Shown here one piece after another: positions 60,754-64,000 of a DNA stretch of 64,000 bases. The notes under the pieces are model-generated. The model saw nothing but the letters and a program-made list of their open reading frames with translations, ran no database searches and was not told the origin of the DNA. The first letter of the stretch is position 1. Each line of letters starts with the position of its first letter. The stretch covers positions 128,001 to 192,000 of the forward strand of contig CAWETW010000001.1 of NCBI GenBank assembly GCA_963812155.1, read 5' to 3'. Position numbers and translations under genes: made by a program. The stretch is from Vulcanimicrobiota bacterium (GTDB lineage Bacteria > Vulcanimicrobiota > Vulcanimicrobiia > Vulcanimicrobiales > Vulcanimicrobiaceae).

Positions 60754-62430
60754 TCAGGCGCGTCGAATCTCGCCCTGGGTAATCAGCACTCGGCGCCCGT
60801 CAAGCCTCGTGACGGAAAAGCCCGCGAAGTGCTCGTTGTACGTTCGGCTGTAGTCGGCAAGTAGTCCGAGCGCTTGCTGCTCGCCGACGAGCAGACCCTG
60901 CATGCTGTCGGACCGAAAGTGCACGCCCGCTGAGTCGCGACCGAGCGCGACGTTCGCGGCCAGCTTGTCGATCTCGTTGCCGAGCGTAAGGGTCGGCCCC
61001 GTCCATGCCTCCAACGCCGAACCGTCGGACGTCGCTTGCACCGGGTTCGGAATCGGAAAATCCTCGTTGAAGAACGCCTTCAGCACGGTGATGCACGCGC
61101 CGGCAGTGGCGGCGTGTGCGGCCGGGTACGACGGATGCGTCGGGCTGCCCTCAGGGAAAGCAAGCGGCAGCAGACGGGTGCCGTACGCCGCTTTCGTACG
61201 GGCGACCACCGCGCTGCGCACGATCTCTTCCGAAATATCGTACTGCTTCGTTCCGCCGGCCTGCAGTTCGACGCGTGCCGCGTAGACTTCCGGCCGGGCG
61301 CGCCGATGAAGCAGCCACTTCTGATACCACGACCCCTTCTGGCCGATCAAGGCGGCCTGCGCCAACAGTGTCAACACGTTCTTGTTGCCGAATGTGATGT
61401 CGCCGAACTCGACCTTGTAGGATCGGTACGGGTTGGTCGGCGACATGGCGTCGAGCCCCCACTGGAGAACTGCGAGCGCGGCACCGAGATACGGTTGATA
61501 ACTGAAATCCTGGTGCACGTATTCGGCGAGTTCTCGAAAGCTCGAGATGAAGCGCGGCGTGGCGTCGAATTGAAGTTTCGCGGACGGCCGCGCACCGCGT
61601 TGGCACGCAAGCCATTCCGGCATGCTGGTGAGAAACTGTTGATTGCGAATCGGAAAGCGGTACCGTTGCTCGATTCGGGCGATGCCGAATGGAATTTCCA
61701 TCCACAGGAATTGGCTGATGTACGGCCCGGCGCTGCAACCGGGCCTTTCACCTCGGAAAATCGTCGCCGGGGAGACTTTTCCAAGCGCTGCGCTGGACGG
61801 CACCGAGAAAGCGTTGAGATCGGCAGCCGCGGCGGCGATCAGCGGGCTCTCTTCAAACGCTCGAAATGGAACGTCGCGCACGAGCGCCCGCCAATAGACC
61901 TCGGCCATGTCGGATGCGGCCGCGGCGCTTGCAAAAGCGGGCGGCGGGACGATGCGCGTCGCGTTCGAGTCGACGCCCGCGAGTTCGAACGCGAAGGCTG
62001 CCTGCGGGTTGTTGAGTTTGGCCGAACAGCCCGGTGCTTGCGGTATCCGCTCGAAGTCGCCGGGATTGGCACTCTTGAGTGCCGCTAGCAATGCCCCGTA
62101 CGCGGCTGGGTCGACTTCGCCCAGGTCGTCGCTCGGCAGGGTCTTGGTAAAGCTCGCGCGGCGGTCGGCATAGCGCTCGTCGTCGCCGTTGGTGATCGGC
62201 GGAGACGGCTGCCTCGAAAGATATGCGCGCGCCGCTTCGCAGCGAATCGATTCGGCGCGATGCGCACGCGCAGCGGAAGAAGAAGGTCCGATCGCTTGCG
62301 ACGCGGCCGCACCGGGAACGGCTGCCGCACCGAGTGCCGTGCTCGCCGACAAGACCGCACCCGCACCGGCACCGGCGCGCAAGAATTCCTCGCGGGATAA
62401 CCGCGAGCGATCGTCGTTTGAAGGCCTCAT
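60754..62430 (-). CDS. Vanadium-dependent haloperoxidase (PAP2 superfamily)
   Basis: GPYISQF, WYQKW..HRR.RPE, EGSPTHPSYPAAH, KLAANVALGR..AGVHFRSD; Tat-like N-terminus; ~558 aa. Confidence 0.9.
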   Translation of the reverse strand: MRPSNDDRSRLSREEFLRAGAGAGAVLSASTALGAAAVPGAAASQAIGPSSSAARAHRAESIRCEAARAYLSRQPSPPITNGDDERYADRRASFTKTLPSDDLGEVDPAAYGALLAALKSANPGDFERIPQAPGCSAKLNNPQAAFAFELAGVDSNATRIVPPPAFASAAAASDMAEVYWRALVRDVPFRAFEESPLIAAAAADLNAFSVPSSAALGKVSPATIFRGERPGCSAGPYISQFLWMEIPFGIARIEQRYRFPIRNQQFLTSMPEWLACQRGARPSAKLQFDATPRFISSFRELAEYVHQDFSYQPYLGAALAVLQWGLDAMSPTNPYRSYKVEFGDITFGNKNVLTLLAQAALIGQKGSWYQKWLLHRRARPEVYAARVELQAGGTKQYDISEEIVRSAVVARTKAAYGTRLLPLAFPEGSPTHPSYPAAHAATAGACITVLKAFFNEDFPIPNPVQATSDGSALEAWTGPTLTLGNEIDKLAANVALGRDSAGVHFRSDSMQGLLVGEQQALGLLADYSRTYNEHFAGFSVTRLDGRRVLITQGEIRRA

Positions 62431-62497
62431 ACTGACGTCGCCATTTTTTGAAGACGAACGCGTCACCCCTGGTGCCCGCCACGCGACGGCAGCGGAT

Positions 62498-63457
62498 TCA
62501 GGTTTCGTCCATCCGGTCGCGCGGGTGCGCTTTGTCGTACGCGCGCTTTTTGTGCTGCATCGACATCTTGAGATAGATGCCGGTCGTTGCGAGGCTCTCG
62601 TGGCCGAGAAACTCGCGAATGGTCTCGAGGTCGACTTCGTTCTCGGCCAAATGCGTGGCAAAGGAGTGGCGCAGCGTATGCGGGCTGGCATGCTGCCCGA
62701 TGCCGCTGACTTTGTAGATATCGCGGAAGATCCGCCAGACGTGCATGGCGCTGAGACGCTTTCCGCCGCGTCCGACGAAGAGCGCGTCGTCGCGCGTTTG
62801 GGGCCGCACCCGCAGATACGCCTCGATTGCGGCGGCCGCACTCCGATTGAAGACGGCCACGCGTTCTTTGCTGCCTTTGCCGTGGACCCGAATCTCGCGG
62901 TTGCCCAAGTCGACGTCCTTGAGGTTCACGGAAGCCACCTCGGCGCGGCGCAAGCCGCTCGCGTAGAGCAGCTCCAGGATCGCCAGATCGCGGCGCCGCT
63001 GCATCTCGGAGCGCCCCGCCAGGGTCGTCCGCAACAGCGTGCGGACGTCGGACTCGCCGAGATGTTCGGGCAGCTTGCGCTCGAGCTTGGGGCCCGAGAC
63101 GATCGTGGCCGGGTCGTCGTCGCGCAGCCCGAGGAGTTTCATGTAGCGGTACAGCGCCTTGACCGACGACAGTTTGCGCCGGACGGTCCGCATGTCGTAA
63201 TGCTTGTCGCCGGCGAGCCGCATCACGTAACGCCGGACGTCGGAGGTCGTCGCCGCGCGCAGCTGCGGATAGGCGCGTCCGACGGGGGATTCGCCCGCCG
63301 GCACGCCCGCCAAAAACGCTCCGAACTCTTGCAGATCGCGCGCGTAGGCCTCGACCGTCAGGCGGCTGCGATTGCGCTCGAGCCGCAGGTAGGTCATCAG
63401 GTCGAGGATCAGCTCGTCGGCGACCGGCCGAAAGGTCCGCTTTTCGCGCTTTTCCAC
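62498..63457 (-). CDS. xerC: XerC/XerD-family tyrosine recombinase
   Basis: N-domain YL..ER..S..TVEAY..DL; catalytic R (LYASGLR), K (GKGSKER), HTLRHSFATH, LGH, Y (TTGIY); XerC versus XerD not resolvable by eye. Confidence 0.9.
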   Translation of the reverse strand: MEKREKRTFRPVADELILDLMTYLRLERNRSRLTVEAYARDLQEFGAFLAGVPAGESPVGRAYPQLRAATTSDVRRYVMRLAGDKHYDMRTVRRKLSSVKALYRYMKLLGLRDDDPATIVSGPKLERKLPEHLGESDVRTLLRTTLAGRSEMQRRRDLAILELLYASGLRRAEVASVNLKDVDLGNREIRVHGKGSKERVAVFNRSAAAAIEAYLRVRPQTRDDALFVGRGGKRLSAMHVWRIFRDIYKVSGIGQHASPHTLRHSFATHLAENEVDLETIREFLGHESLATTGIYLKMSMQHKKRAYDKAHPRDRMDET

Positions 63458-63478
63458 GCTCTTCTCGCCTCACACGGT

Positions 63479-63506
63479 ATGCAATATAATAACAGTTTTA
63501 CTGCAT
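63479..63506. other. dif-like tyrosine-recombinase site (11-6-11)
   Basis: ATGCAATATAA-TAACAG-TTTTACTGCAT; arms 9/11 inverted-identical; 21 bp upstream of the xer start. Confidence 0.6.
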
Positions 63507-63737
63507 TCGAGCGGAAGAATGCGCCTCCTGCGGCCATGCGGGGGTGCTGTCCGTTCGGTGTCCGTGAAGAGCGTCAGCACGAGTGCGGGGATGAACCGGT
63601 ACAAGATCTCGGGTACGGTGACCAACGTCGGCTCGGAATCGCAGGGGCCGCGAGACTACTCTGCTGCGCGTGACCGAGCCGAAACAGCGCGCCGCGCTCA
63701 AGTCGGCGCTCGAGGATCTTTCCGACCGCCGGCTGCG

Positions 63738-64000
63738 CGCGGCGTCTATCTCGACGATCCGCGCTACTATCCGTTCTGGGAGCGGGTCGTGGAGCTCGAC
63801 GTGCCGGTCTATATCCACCCAGCCGATCCGGCCGTGCAACCGCGCGTCATCGAAGGATATCCCGAAATGCAGGGCGCCGTTTGGGGATGGAGCACCGATA
63901 ATTCGACGCACTTCCTGCGCACGCTGTTTTAGCGGCTTGTTCGACCGCTATCCGCAGTTGACGATCATCCTGGGCCATATGGGCGAAACGTTGCCGTACT
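63738..64000 (+). pseudogene. Amidohydrolase_2 (aromatic acid decarboxylase-like) fragment, apparently 5'-truncated; runs off the window
   Basis: YLDDPRY.PFWE...ELDVPVYIHP, WGW...S.H.LR, then after a +1 shift ~63928 SGLFDRYP.L.IILGHMGE.LP; no matching N-terminus upstream. Confidence 0.7.

Noticed and set aside
60754..62841. 695-aa haloperoxidase overlapping xer
   Set aside because: The extension is an off-frame read through xer; the signal peptide begins at 62430
62498..63457. Prophage or ICE integrase marking a mobile element
   Set aside because: Size and motifs fit XerC/D, and no phage, conjugation or transposase genes are in the window; sequence beyond 64000 is unseen

Overview
GC-rich bacterial chromosomal window. 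Gene content (GloVer-repeat and NHL-type beta-propeller lipoproteins, a ~1060-aa TonB-dependent-type receptor, DUF5069, an actinobacterial-style PBP-PknB pair, MlaD with a C-terminal barrel) points to a diderm Terrabacterium, most likely Eremiobacterota/Vulcanimicrobiota; this is inference, not a database result. Left part: secreted lipoproteins, tRNA-Leu(TAG), tRNA-Gly(GCC), tig-clpP-clpX, then a minus-strand TonB receptor/lipoprotein/PstS locus with an upstream LuxR-type regulator. Middle: long plus-strand housekeeping run (valS-pyrRBC-carA-Bat/MoxR-pdxH, carB-PBP-pknB-ruvCAB-spoIID-queA-cyclase, gmk-rpoZ-glmS-rph-mlaEF-ocd-mlaD-panE). Right end: GH114, a vanadium-dependent haloperoxidase and a XerC/D-family recombinase. 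Best lead: a symmetric 11-6-11 dif-like site (63479-63506) immediately upstream of the xer gene, with gene debris on its other side, suggesting a self-contained single-recombinase Xer/dif module. About 11 single-base insertions break genes, including essential ones, and look like sequencing error; gene models below are corrected for them.
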